DNA of 64,000 nt from Octopus vulgaris (taxonomy: Eukaryota), in the NCBI GenBank assembly GCA_951406725.2, contig OX597815.1:201996001-202060000 (forward strand). Direction: 5' to 3'. Below, piece by piece: positions 41,518 through 54,588 of this stretch. The stretch's first letter is position 1; the number at the start of each line of letters is the position of its first letter. The notes under the pieces are model-generated. The model saw nothing but the letters and a program-made list of their open reading frames with translations, was not told the DNA's origin and did not search any database. Both the position numbers and the translations under genes were made by a program.

Positions 41518-42084
41518 TAGATATAGGTATAGGTATATATGCTGCTTATGTATATATTTCACTGTATATATGAATATATATGTATATATAAACATATATG
41601 TTCTTGCATATGACACCTTTACACATATTTACACGAAAGTGTATGAGAACCTACAGCACATTGTAAAAGCAGAAACAAAAGCACACGAACTTACATACAT
41701 GTAAGCACATATATAAGGTCAATTATATATTCGTCATAAAATTCTCTGCATAAAAGAAAATATTCATAAACTTATATTACTATGTAAATTTATGAAGAAT
41801 ATTTATATATGGGATTTTGTCGTTTTGTGCGCGTAATTCCATGGGTGTAAGTTGTTATGACGCTGGGTATGTTGATATATATTATGATGTTGGATATATA
41901 TGTATTCTAATATAGCAATTTTCTTTTAATAAAGATCAAGATTTACTGCCGAGATTCATAACTACCCGAATAAACATAGATGTTATTGCTTTCCTTCAGT
42001 TTGACAATATTTTTCCACTTACTGTCCAAATCTCACACCCTACCCACGAATACTCCGTTCTACTGAATATATGTTAAGCACACG

Positions 42085-42800
<716 letters not shown>

Positions 42801-43266
42801 TTAGCATATGAATGGCAACACTTCAATCCATTTTATGGCAAATTGTGTTGCTTCTCTTCATAAAGCATGCTGTTTCAATATAAAACAGCAGGAGTATTGA
42901 TTTAAATTCTAAGTGCCACTTTCCCGTACAACTTTTAATTTCCACTGAATATAACCTTGCCGAGGCCAACAATAACTGAAACGAAATATATAATGTTATA
43001 TTCAGTAAGTTTCTCGAAGACCGGCCGTAAAATAAAGTTAGCTCTTTTACTGCTCACATTTTTTGAGTTACTAATTCACTAAATTGCAATGTATATCTCG
43101 ATAGAACACTTAAGCTGTCAAAATGTCTCACGTAAAGATGCCTTAATACTCTTTTAATGCACATTTTGCTTGTGTCTTATCATAAGTCCACTTTATGTTA
43201 GCAATGTTTACACTCACACACACGTATGAATGTGTGTATATAAATGAATACATACATAGATATATC

Positions 43267-43315
<49 letters not shown>

Positions 43316-44242
43316 CAAACATATACATACTTACATGCATACATACACAATGTATATGCTGAAAAATACGCATCTATATAACATACATGCATGTATTTAT
43401 TCATGTGCAAATGTATGTTCATATGTGTGTTTTGTGTATGTGTGACTGTGTGTCCGTGTGTCCGTGTGTATTCGGAAATTTTAGCACTGTCAATATTGTC
43501 TCCACGCATTGCCAGTATACTTATATGAATACCCGCATCCATACATAATTTTTTTTTTTTCCATTCGCACTATCTTTCTCACTCTCTGACTCACGCACTT
43601 CAATTTTCCCTCTCTTTTTCATTCTTTCTTTCTTTCATTATCTCACTCTCTTTCTTTTTCTCTCTCTCTCTCCCGCTTCCCCCTCTGTCTCCACGCGCGC
43701 GCGCAGAGTCACATATATATACTGTATATTTCGAAAATCTTGGTATACAAATATGTTTATATGAGTGTGTGTGTGCGTACGTATGCGTTCATATGTACTT
43801 CTATTTTGTAAGAATAAAACTATATATCCATCTACCTATATGTAATGCGTGTCCATATATCTGTTTGTTGGTATATGTACTTGTGTGTATATATATGTAT
43901 GCATATATTGATGCATGTATGTATGCTTGTATGTATGTATGTATGTGTGTATCAGTGTTTCTGTTACCAATAATAATACTATTAATATTGTTAATGGTAA
44001 TATACTTACATTCATGCCCACATTTTTATAGATATTTTTCTCAGTTTTAATTCCTCTTCCCCTCTCTCTCTTTCTTTGTCTTTCTTCATATTTATAGGTG
44101 TGTGTATGTATGTATATATAATTGTGTTTTGTGTGCCGTTTGAGTGCGTATATTTATCTGCGTGTGTCTGAGTGTTTATATATATGGGTGTAAGCTTGTT
44201 TTTTGTGTATATTTATGTATATGCGATATACAGGCACACGGA

Positions 44243-44558
<316 letters not shown>

Positions 44559-44902
44559 TATTGCCTAATATTCTGTGAAATATACCTAATATGCTTAATA
44601 TTATGTGAAACACAGATATACATATATACAAAGCCCAGCGGAAATGAGGAAAACTGAAATATATTCAGATATCATAAAACGCTACTGTGGGGTAAAAATG
44701 ACTAAGAATGTGAGCACATTCTACCCTTATTTTTGATGTGTACATTTTTTCCAAGTTTGTTTCATACCTTGTTTCAATCTATAGCATATATGTACTACAT
44801 ATCCATCAGGAAACTCTTGTCACGGATAGCCTAATTTCCATATATCTGGTTCTGATCTCTCGTCGTTAATTAAACAACATTTGTTCAAGTACCGCTGAGC
44901 TG

Positions 44903-45483
44903 ATACTCCCCCCTTCGGTCATGACTGACCATGGCATTGCACGTAGAAAGTTCCCCTCCAAGGTACAAGTCCGGGCAAGGTTGTTTATGGAAGACCAGCA
45001 GTCGCCCATGCATACCTATTTCTATTTCTTTATTACCCACAAGGGGCTAAACACAGAGGGGACAAACAAGGACAGACATAGGTATTAAGTCGATTACATC
45101 GACCCCAGTGCGTAACTGGTACTTAATTTATCGACCCCGAAAGGATGAAAGGCAAAGTCGACCTCGGCGGAATTTGAACTTACAACGTAACGCAGACGAA
45201 ATACCGCTAAGCATTTCGCCCGGCGTGCTAACGTTTCTGCCAGCTCGCCCATGCATACCGGCCACCCCTCTCCACGGCACCTGTGTTATCCAAGGGAAAG
45301 GCAAAGGCCGATACAGCTTGGCACCTGTGATATCGCAAATCATTTTTACAGCTGAGTGAACTGGAGCAACGTGAAATAAAGTGTCTTACTCAAGAACACA
45401 ACACGCAACCTGGTCCGGGATTCGAACTCACAACCTCACGATCGTAAGCTTGACGCTCTAACCACTGAGCTATGCGCCCTCAC
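44903..45483 (-). mobile_element. SINE family C interrupted by a family B SINE
   Basis: Collinear with 30123-30455 once 45017-45259 is removed. Confidence 0.88.
45017..45248 (-). mobile_element. SINE family B nested in a family C SINE, with 15-bp TSD
   Basis: TSD tcgcccatgcatacc at 45002-45016 and 45245-45259. Confidence 0.92.
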
Positions 45484-46134
45484 TTGTACAACGCACCACA
45501 AATGAAAGAAGTGGAATGAATTATATGACATTTCTCTTTTATATATTATGCCCCGTTATAACTGCACATGGATGCACCCACGCGCTAGAACATATTCTTA
45601 TTTAATTTTAGTGTTTGTTTTACAAGATACGTGAAATTCTGAAACAATTTTCCTGTAGCTTGGGGGATTCCTTGCACCTATAATAACACACGCACAGGTT
45701 CAATTTTACTTTTTTATTATTAGCCACTTGGCTAAATATCTAAACAAATAAGAAATCAGTCGTTTATTTTTCTGTTTAAGTTTTTCGTTGCTGTTCGCAA
45801 TCTTTTCGGTGACCCGTGACTGTTTCGGTGATCATGATGGCCATGATAATTACAGCAACAACGACTACTCCAGCAATAATAACGGCAATAAAAATATCAA
45901 AGCAATAACGCCTGAGTTCATGAACGATTTGAAAGAGCCTGTTCCTTTCCTGAACTATCACGGAACTTAAGGTAAAAGAAACTGGAATATTCTCAGTGTA
46001 CAATGCGTAACATCCAAAATGTAATATCGAGTGCATCTATTCACCAAGGGAGCCGTTTGTTAGTTAAATACAGGATACTGCATTGCCACAAAAAGCCTTC
46101 TTAGTAAGAGCGTATTCAACACCAAATCAGGTTT

Positions 46135-48498
46135 AACAAGATCATCAAATCTACAAAAACCTAAAAATTAAAGAAAAATATAATATGAAAACCATGTTTG
46201 ACATTGATACTACCATAGAAACAATCAAGCAAATGGTATGTGCTAAAGCTGCCCAATATAGCAAGTTATGAAAAAGCGCGTTAGATACATAAAGGACAAC
46301 GTGTTCAAAATTAACCCCTAAATGTTTACAGGATTATAGGGAGAATACCAGTTACAGTAATGGCTGTCCCATCAAAAGAAGTGCAGGAATTTTGGAATAA
46401 AATTTGGGCAGAAGAGAAAAACACACAGTGAAAAGGCACCTTTGATTGATAGAATATCTTCAGTCTTAGACTCCTTAGAAGAGTAAAAGTGAGAGTGTGT
46501 CAATGTAGAGAATGTAAGATCTATTCTCAGGAAGTCAAACAAATGGAAGTCTCCAGGAAAGGATAAAATCTCTAATTTCTGGTTGAATGCCTTTCCAGAG
46601 AGCCATGAACTGCTAACAAAACATTACAACAATGTTTTGCAACAACCTAGTATGATTCCCTCTTGGCTAGTTAACTCTGTATCATTCCTATTTCCAAAAA
46701 AGGAAGAAACAAATTAACCAAAATATTATATACCTATAACCTGCTTAACAAAGTATAAAACGTTAATATCTGTCTTGACAGAATATACGTATAGTTTTTC
46801 AAAAGTAAGGGGCATGTTCTCTAATGAGCAAAGAGGATGTAAACGTGGGTCCTATGGTTGTAAAGATCAGCTACTCATCAATAAGATGATCTCGGAAGAA
46901 CGTCACAAACCACACAAAACTTGTCGATAGCCTTGTTGGACTTTTGAATTTTTTTGATAGTCTACCACATAGCTGGATTAAGAAATGTCTGGAAATGTGT
47001 AAAATAGCACCTATTCTGCGAAACATTTTGTCTGTAAGTATGAGATAATGGAAAACCATACTGCTTTTGAACAGTCACAATGAATCTTTTAATGTTAGGT
47101 GCTGTAAGAATTTCATGTGGCTTTTACCAGGGTGGCTCTCTATCACCACTCCACTTTTGTGTAGCCTTAATTCGTCTCTCATTATAGAATGTTTGATAAA
47201 AATATAAATCATCTCATTTACATGGATAATTAAAACTCTTTCGTCAAAAAATGACCAACAACTACAGGGTTTGCTGGCGATTGTCAAACAATTCAGTGAT
47301 GACAACTGAATGCAATTTTGGCGTCGATAACTGTGCAAAACCTACCTTTATCAAAGGAAAAATGACAGAAACATCTAACGTTAACCTTGACCAGTAGGAT
47401 GTCATAAAAGAGTATTGATAGCTTTGATCCTGTTTCTTGCATTCAGATCTGTTTTAAGTATTGCTCTTACCCTGCAATAACATTCTCTTCTGATCTTTTC
47501 CCTCATCACTGAATGTTTGATTCCATCCCATTCAAATGCCCACAGGTACTTGCAGCTCTCTGCTGGTTCTAACTCTTTTATGACATCCTGCTGGCCAAGG
47601 TTAACGTTAGATATTTCTGACATTTTTCCCTTTGATAAAAGTAGGTTTTGCACATTTATCGACGCCAAAATTGCATTCAGATGTCATTACTGAATTGTTT
47701 GACAATCGCCAGCAAGCCCTGTAGTTGTTGGTCCCGTCTGGTATGGCCTTACCAGACGTGACTTACAGTTTCAATATCAATAATTGGTCAATCACTGAAA
47801 TATGTAATCTTGACAGAAAAATAGGAAAATGTTTGACAATGCACAGAATGCACCACTCCAAGGCAGATATAGAACGACTTTATCTGCCAGAAAAAGAGGT
47901 AGGCCGTGGACTTTTATTACTGAAATTAACAATGAAGATTGCCACAACTGGCCTAGACACCTACCTGAGAACCTACCTCAAAACATGAAAGCAAGAACGC
48001 ATCATACTCAGTAACACAACAGGCAAAGGAATATATAACTGAATTCCAAATACTACAAATTCCAGAAACACAGAAAGATCTAAGCGTATGAAAACACGTG
48101 CTAAAACTCCTTCCTAAGATGTTGTTATTGATAAATGGCAAGAAAAACTTCTCAATGGCAAATACCCAAAGATAGCTAATAATGCCAGTGTTGACAAAGC
48201 CCTTATTCATCAATGGTTAATTACTTCTGGCTTAAAATCAGAAACATAAGGATTTATCATAGAAGCCTAAGATCAATGCCTACGTAGAAGAAACTACCAG
48301 GCCAAAATATTAAAGAACGGCAGCTGCCCAACATGTCGTGTATGTCAACTACAACGTGAAATCATTGACCATGTTGTCTCCATGTGCAGTCTCCTTGCAC
48401 CTACAGAGTATCTCAACAGGCATGATCGAACTGCACAATATATTCACTGGGTAATTTGCCAAAACCTGGACCTGCTGTGTGATAAAATCTAGTGGGAA
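46135..48498 (+). pseudogene. Decayed Dong/R4 LINE copy (same family as 49498-53550) with internal inverted duplication
   Basis: DNA-level collinearity with the reverse complement of about 50120-52390 (e.g. aaatggaagtctccaggaaaggataaaat, aaaggatgtaaacgtgg, acagagtatctcaacagg). Many stops and frameshifts. Segment 47414-47733 is inverted. Confidence 0.9.
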
Positions 48499-48679
48499 AT
48501 CTTATGGCGTTGTAAAGAGAAAACAAGATCATTGTGCAGAGAAGAAAAAACGAAACGAATTAATTCTGCGATTATCAATTATTAAACATTTCAATCAGTA
48601 ACATGCTTGGTTTGCCCTGTATTAAACGGAGAAGGATAACTAATCTGGATTTAGAACTTTTACAAATATTCTTCCCTAT

Positions 48680-49080
48680 TCTAGGCACAAGAGCTGAATT
48701 TATTTATATTTTTTGGTGGGGGGGGGGCGAATCGATTAGATCTACCCCAGTACGCAACTGGTACTTAATTTATCGACTCCGAAAGAATGAATGCAAAGTC
48801 GACATCGGCTGAATGTGAACTCAGAACATAGCGACAGAAGAAATACCTATTTCTTTACTACCCACAAGGGGCTAAACACAGAAGGGACAAACAGGGACAG
48901 ACACATGGATTAAGTCGATTATATCGACCCCAGTGCGTAACTGGTACTTATTTAATTGAGACCCCGAAAGGATGAAAAGTAAAGTCGACCTCGGGGGAAT
49001 TTGAACTCAGAATGTAACGGCAGACGAAATACGGTTAAGCATTTCGCCCGGCGTGCTACCGTTTCTGCCAGCTCGCTGCC
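48680..49080 (-). mobile_element. SINE family B compound (full unit joined at GGTATTTC to a partial unit with a different tail)
   Basis: Two core copies (about 48745-48847 and 48846-49079). The junction reads aaagaaata|ggtatttc on the minus strand. Confidence 0.85.
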
Positions 49081-49466
49081 CCTAAGAGCTCTTATAACTA
49101 TCAACTGTGTTAATATATCAGAATAAATGATATTAATTAAAAACAAATTTGGAAGAGTATAATAACGTGTTACTTATTAATTTCATATCACTAATGCGAA
49201 ACGTAGTACTAAGAGGAGGAGGGGAGGAGGGGAGGGGAGGAGGGGAGGGGAGGAGGAGGTGGAGGAGGAAGAATGTTAAGGATTATGATGGTGGTGATAA
49301 TAACATCAACAAAAATAATATAACTGGTGATTATGATGATGACGATGACGAAGACGACGATTTTGCTGATGATGATGACGAGGATGATGATGAGGAGGAG
49401 GATGATCAAGTTTATATTCATGTTTATTACATATTCATGATATGGATTACGAAAGAGTAAGAGAAA

Positions 49467-49497
<31 letters not shown>

Positions 49498-49721
49498 CTA
49501 TGTTTGACTTTTGCTTTATATTTGTACAAGTTGGCTCCAAGTCTCACCCAGAGACCTCAAGAGACAACAGGGTTGTAAGTTCATGTTGTTGTTATGCCTA
49601 GTGTGCCATATATTTGGGGGGTGGGGATGTTGTACTAAAGAATGTCTAAAAAGAAAAAAAAAAGGTTTTTTTTTTTTTTTTTTTTTTAAACCGAAAATTA
49701 TGTTTGTTTTAAACCTTGAGA

Positions 49722-50486
49722 TTACATAGAGAGTATTTTGCGTAGGATATGAGCAGTTCCCATGAGCACTATCTTTTGAACTTCTGCCATTTTTGGGTTT
49801 CCTGGTATCTGAGTTAGGTAGCTATCAGCCCCTTTTGCTATCATTCCCAGGGCACCTATGACAACAGGTATTGTTTTAGTCTTCAGCTTCCACATTTTGC
49901 TGATTTCTATTTCAAGATCTTTATATTTGCTCAGTTTTTGGTAGGTCTTGACAGATACGTTTATATCGATTGGGACAGTCATATCAATGAGTAGGCATGT
50001 TCTTTGTTTGAAGTTTTTCAATATGATGTCTGGCCTATTTGCATCTATCTTCCTGTCAGTTTGAATGGTGAAGTTCCAGAGGAGTGAGATGTGGTCATTT
50101 TCAAGCACTGGGGGTGGTTTGTGTTCCCACCAGTTTTTTTCATGGGGCAAATCCAGGTTTTTACAGATTACCCAGTGAATATATTGTGCAGCTCTATCGT
50201 GCCTGTTGAGATACTCTGTAGGCGCTAGAAGACTGCACTTGGAGACCACATGGTCAATGGTTTCATTTTGTTGCTTGCATACACGACACGTTGGACTGCT
50301 TCTGATCTTTAATATGTTGGCCTGGTAGTTTCTTGTTGGTAGGCATTGATCTTGAGCTGCTATGATAAACCCCTCTGTTTCAGATTTTAAGCCAGAGGCC
50401 ATTAGCCATTGATGGGTCAGGGCTTTGTCGATATCTGCATTATTCGCTCTCTTTGGGTATTTGCCATAGAGAGGTTTTCTTGCCAT
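49722..50486 (-). CDS. Dong/R4 LINE C-terminal part: CCHC zinc knuckle and restriction-like (PD-D/ExK) endonuclease; frameshifted continuation
   Basis: CRVCKQQNETIDHVVSKC (CX2CX8HX4C), RHDRAAQYIHW, RPDII, LIDMTVP, KLSKYKDL, IPVVIGALG. Confidence 0.92.
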   Translation of the reverse strand: MARKPLYGKYPKRANNADIDKALTHQWLMASGLKSETEGFIIAAQDQCLPTRNYQANILKIRSSPTCRVCKQQNETIDHVVSKCSLLAPTEYLNRHDRAAQYIHWVICKNLDLPHEKNWWEHKPPPVLENDHISLLWNFTIQTDRKIDANRPDIILKNFKQRTCLLIDMTVPIDINVSVKTYQKLSKYKDLEIEISKMWKLKTKTIPVVIGALGMIAKGADSYLTQIPGNPKMAEVQKIVLMGTAHILRKILSM

Positions 50487-50670
50487 TTATTATTCAGAAT
50501 ATCTAAGGCCGCAGTTTTGACACGGGTTTTCATGCGCCTAGCTTTTTCTGTGCTTGTTTCTTGTATATCTATCTCCGAAATTGGTTGTATTCGGAATTCA
50601 CTTAGATATTCCTTTGCCTGTTTTGTGACTGAGTATGATGCTTTCTTGTTTTCATGTTTTGAGACAAGTT

Positions 50671-53532
50671 TTAGCATCCAGTCCTCAGAGTTTTCAGGTA
50701 GGTGTCTAGGCCAATTGTAGCAATCTTCATTGTTATTTCCAGTTGCAAAAGACCACGGCCTCCCTCTTTTCTTGGCAGATAGAGTCGTTCTGTATCTGCC
50801 TTAGGGTGGTGCATTCTATGCATTGTCAACAGTTTCCTTATTTTTCTGTCGAGCTGACATATTTCAGTAATTGACCAGTTAACAATATTGAAACTGTAAG
50901 TCACGACTGGTATAGCTAATGCATTGATTGCTTCGATCCTGTTTCTTCCATTCAGCTCTGTCTTGAGTATTGCTCTCACTCTTCGATAGCATTCTCTCCT
51001 GATCCTTTCCTTCATCTCTGAATGCCTTATTCCGTTCCCTTCAATTATCCCTAGGTACTTGTAGCTCTCCGCTGGGTCTAGTTCTTTTATGACATTCTGT
51101 TGGTCAAGGTTAACGTTAGATGTTTCTGTCATTTTTCCTTTGATAAAGGTAGCCTTTGCACATTTATCGAGGCCGAATTGCATTCTGATGTCGTCACTGA
51201 ATTGTTTGACTATCGCTAGTAAGCCCTTGAGTTGTTGATCATTTTTTGCAAAAAGCTTTAAATCATCCATGTAAACGAGATGATTTATATTTTTATCAAA
51301 CATTTTATACCCGTACTGCGCGTCATTGAGCAGCTTTGAGAGAGGTATTAAGGATAAACAAAAGAGGAGTGGTGACAGTGAGTCACCCTGGAAAATGCCA
51401 CACGAAATTTTTACATCACCAGCATTTAGGAATTCACTGTCACTGTTCAGAGTTAGTGTGGTACTCCATGATCTCATACTTACAGTCAAGAAGTTTCGCA
51501 GAGTTGGTGCTATCTTATACATTTCAAGGCATTTCCTAATCCAGCTATGTGGTAGGCTATCAAAAGCCTTTTTATAGTCTATCCAGGCTATTGATAAGTT
51601 TTTGTGTCGTTTGTGACAATCTTCTAAGATCATCTTATTGATGAGTAGTTGGTCTTTACAGCCGTAGGATCCACGTTTACATCCTTTCTGTTCATTAGGG
51701 AATATGCTGCTGTCTGTTAAAAAACTATAGGTATATTCCGTCAGGACAGATGTTAGTGTTTTGTACATAGTTGTTAAGCAAGTTATGGGTCTATAGTTTT
51801 TTGGTTCATTTGTTTCTTCACTTTTTGGAAGCAGGAATGTTAACCCATTAACTAGCCAAGGAGGCATCCTACTAGGGTGTTGCAAAACATCATTGTACAG
51901 TTCTGTTAGCAGTTCATGGCTCTCTGGGAAGGCATTCAGCCAGAAGTTAGGAATTTTATCCTTTCCTGGAGACTTCCATTTGCTTGACCTCCTGAGAGCA
52001 GATCTTATATCTTCTACCTTGACACCCTCCCACTTTTGCTCTTCTAAGGGGTCCAGTTCTGTAGATATTCTGTCAATCCAGGGGGCCTTTTCGTTGTGTG
52101 TTTTTTCTTCTGCCCAGATTTTATTCCAAAATCTCTGCACTTCTTCTTTTGATGGTACAGACCCTGCAGTAAACGCTGTTTTTCCTATCTTCCTGTAAAA
52201 ATTCTTGGTGTTATTTTTGAACATGTTGTTGTCCTTGAAAAATCTAACACGCTTTTCATACCTCGCTATGCGGGCAGCTTTGGCAGATACCTTTTGTTTG
52301 ATGGTTTCTATGGTGGCATCAATATCAAGTATAGTTTTCATATTGTATTTTTTCAGTAATTTTTGGGTTTTTGTAGGTTTGGTAATCTTGTGAGCCTTAA
52401 GGTTTTTCAAATATTCAATGTCAGATCTAAATATTTTAATTTGTTGTTGCAGACGCTCTTGCCAAGAAGGCTTTTTGTGGGACTGTTGCCGTTTTCTAAT
52501 CTTTACACCACATAGGATCGTTGAGATTTTCGCGGATGCATAGTATAGGTGGTTGAGGTTTGTGATATCAACATCATTAACTGAAATTATATCCTTAAGT
52601 GCAAGCCGGATTTTACCAATTATTTTCATGTTTTGGTTAGAGTTGCGGATTTTAGGAAGTGTATCACGCTCATCCATGCTGGTTTCTTTAATTTTCAGCC
52701 ATTCAATCATGATTTGATTTTTTAGCTCATGTAGTTCTGTTGGGTCAATATTTGTGTGACTTTCTTTATCTATTTGATGCTCATCTGTCTTAGTGTTTAT
52801 GATTGGTTCAGGGCGTATTTCACTTTGCCTATCACTTATACTAACTCTTTCAATCCTCTCTTCGTTTTTATCCGCCCTGGGCTGGTCTATAATCATTTCC
52901 TCTGTATTATCTTCTCTAGCTGCAGCTTCGTTCATTTTATCCGATATTGCTTGTCTAACCTGATCAATCTCTACTTCAGTCAGTAATTTCTTTTTTATAA
53001 TGTTTCTTCTAACATTGGCAAGCTTGTTACTGTCTATGTAGGGTCTTACTTCAGGGTGTTTCTGTCTCCAGTTTAAGTATGCTTGTACAGTGCTAGACTT
53101 ATCTGTGGGGAAATATATGGCATGGTAGAAGGCCTCAAGAACTTCTTTATTATCTTCCCTAGACCATTTTTCCTTCTTTTTCTTTTGATTATTTGGTGAT
53201 GAGCATGGATGGCCATCTGTTGGAATATTCCGGTTGTGGGGTTCGTCCAGCTCCTGTGTGTTGGGAAGATTTGATCCAGTAACTGATTTTTCAATCAGGA
53301 TTTGGTTCAATTTTCGGGTACGTGGTCTTTTGTAATCCGCGCAATGACCAATGCGGTTTATTGTTTGATTTGTTGACCTTGAAGCATGACGAGCATCCAT
53401 TCTTATATTAGGAGATGGATCTGTCAGTTTAGGGTTCACTACGTGTAAGCATTGCTCATAGCGCCGCTTCTTAAGACTAGCAGATCTATATTCGTCTGTA
53501 TTTTTTTTGTTGATAGTTTTATCTCTGGACAT
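50671..53532 (-). CDS. Dong/R4 LINE ORF, N-terminal Myb-like domain plus reverse transcriptase (953 aa up to the first frameshift)
   Basis: Motifs KWSREDNKEVLEAFY (Myb-like), KSPGKDKIPNFW, NYRPITCL, WIDYKKAFDS, GIFQGDSLSPLLF, HLVYMDDLKLF, YKYLG, RLYLPRKEGGRGL. Confidence 0.95.
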   Translation of the reverse strand: MSRDKTINKKNTDEYRSASLKKRRYEQCLHVVNPKLTDPSPNIRMDARHASRSTNQTINRIGHCADYKRPRTRKLNQILIEKSVTGSNLPNTQELDEPHNRNIPTDGHPCSSPNNQKKKKEKWSREDNKEVLEAFYHAIYFPTDKSSTVQAYLNWRQKHPEVRPYIDSNKLANVRRNIIKKKLLTEVEIDQVRQAISDKMNEAAAREDNTEEMIIDQPRADKNEERIERVSISDRQSEIRPEPIINTKTDEHQIDKESHTNIDPTELHELKNQIMIEWLKIKETSMDERDTLPKIRNSNQNMKIIGKIRLALKDIISVNDVDITNLNHLYYASAKISTILCGVKIRKRQQSHKKPSWQERLQQQIKIFRSDIEYLKNLKAHKITKPTKTQKLLKKYNMKTILDIDATIETIKQKVSAKAARIARYEKRVRFFKDNNMFKNNTKNFYRKIGKTAFTAGSVPSKEEVQRFWNKIWAEEKTHNEKAPWIDRISTELDPLEEQKWEGVKVEDIRSALRRSSKWKSPGKDKIPNFWLNAFPESHELLTELYNDVLQHPSRMPPWLVNGLTFLLPKSEETNEPKNYRPITCLTTMYKTLTSVLTEYTYSFLTDSSIFPNEQKGCKRGSYGCKDQLLINKMILEDCHKRHKNLSIAWIDYKKAFDSLPHSWIRKCLEMYKIAPTLRNFLTVSMRSWSTTLTLNSDSEFLNAGDVKISCGIFQGDSLSPLLFCLSLIPLSKLLNDAQYGYKMFDKNINHLVYMDDLKLFAKNDQQLKGLLAIVKQFSDDIRMQFGLDKCAKATFIKGKMTETSNVNLDQQNVIKELDPAESYKYLGIIEGNGIRHSEMKERIRRECYRRVRAILKTELNGRNRIEAINALAIPVVTYSFNIVNWSITEICQLDRKIRKLLTMHRMHHPKADTERLYLPRKEGGRGLLQLEITMKIATIGLDTYLKTLRTGC

Positions 53533-53899
53533 TTTTTTTTTTTTTTTTCCTTTCCTCCTCTTCCTTTCTTCAAGGCTTACTGTGTCTGTATTAGTTCGAA
53601 ATAATGAGAATAAAATACGGAGAAGGAAACGAAAAGAAAGGGAAAAAGACGGGATCTGTCAGTTATTATTGTTATTACTATCATCTTCACCACCATCACC
53701 ATCATCAGCAACATCACCATCACCATCATCATCTTCAATGACATTGTTTTATGTGTAGCCACAGCCACCATCAACACTCCATTGTGTTGGAGAATGGGTG
53801 GTTAAAGAATTCATGTTCTTTGGGTCTATAAATAGCCACGGTAGATGGAGACAAAGGACGTTAATGGTCAGTAAAAGGTCAAACCTGTTTACGTTTATT

Positions 53900-53903
53900 T
53901 ATT

Positions 53904-53991
<88 letters not shown>
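53900..53991 (+). repeat. (TTA)n microsatellite
   Basis: Direct reading. Confidence 0.95.
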
Positions 53992-53993
<2 letters not shown>

Positions 53994-54332
53994 ATCATCA
54001 ACATAATCATCATTTTTTTTATTAATACAATTAAAATTAAGAAGGAAAAGGAAAAGGAGGTGGAAGATAAAAATAAGGAGTGGAAGGAAGGAGGGGAGGA
54101 AAAGGAGGAGAAGGAGGAGGAGGACGGTAAGACAGTGAAGAAGAACGAGACGAAGAAGATGAAGAAAATGAATGCGAAGATTTCAAGTGAAATTATAAAT
54201 ATGGTGCTTGTAAGAGTGAAATACAGAAAAATGAATATGAGAAGTCATTAAGAATAAAAAAGGAGTGAATATGCATTCACACAACTACTATATATATATA
54301 TATATATATACATATATATAACAAATGCTATT

Positions 54333-54588
54333 TGCCGTTCTGCGTAGGACCATGGTAGTAATTTTTAAACCCAGGAGAGAGATCTTTTCCAGCAGAGTAT
54401 CGAAACACAACCTGCGTCTTAAATAACCAGAAACCGTTGGTCTGTTGGTACTGTTAGTTTCTAGGAGCGAGTAGTACGCTCCTTTGGTCTCAGTATATTT
54501 CAGACACGAGTTGTGTATCGATTACCACATGGAAAAGGTGTTTTCCTGGGGTTAAAAGCTAGTAACATATTCCTATGCAGGACTGTCA
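54333..54588. mobile_element. Fold-back/MITE-like element with about 100-bp imperfect inverted arms
   Basis: About 54336-54435 matches the reverse complement of about 54486-54583 (ctgcgtagga..tttaaacccagga..cttttcca..atcgaaacacaac). Internal hairpin aggagcg-agtagta-cgctcct. Confidence 0.6.

Larger units (their letters stand above)
49498..53550 (-). mobile_element. Near full-length R4/Dong-clade non-LTR retrotransposon (Myb-like, RT, CCHC, REL endonuclease); 3' end abuts (TAA)n
   Basis: Three consecutive minus-strand ORFs (50671-53532, 50417-50677, 49722-50486) form one collinear polyprotein. The 3' UTR (49498-49721) has a terminal stem-loop and runs into (TAA)n at 49469-49497. The 5' boundary is uncertain (A-run just upstream of the ATG). 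Confidence 0.93.

Noticed and set aside
45788-45970. 60-aa N/D-rich ORF preceded by a pyrimidine tract
   Set aside because: Low-complexity trinucleotide-derived sequence with no recognisable homology.
50417-50700. Programmed ribosomal frameshifting in the Dong ORF
   Set aside because: R4/Dong elements have a single ORF, there is no clear slippery heptamer or pseudoknot, and the paralog retains the extra A at the second site.
53417-53664. 13-bp match ggatctgtcagtt at 53417 and 53652 as a possible TSD or LTR edge
   Set aside because: One copy lies inside the ORF and the pair does not bracket the element; may be chance.
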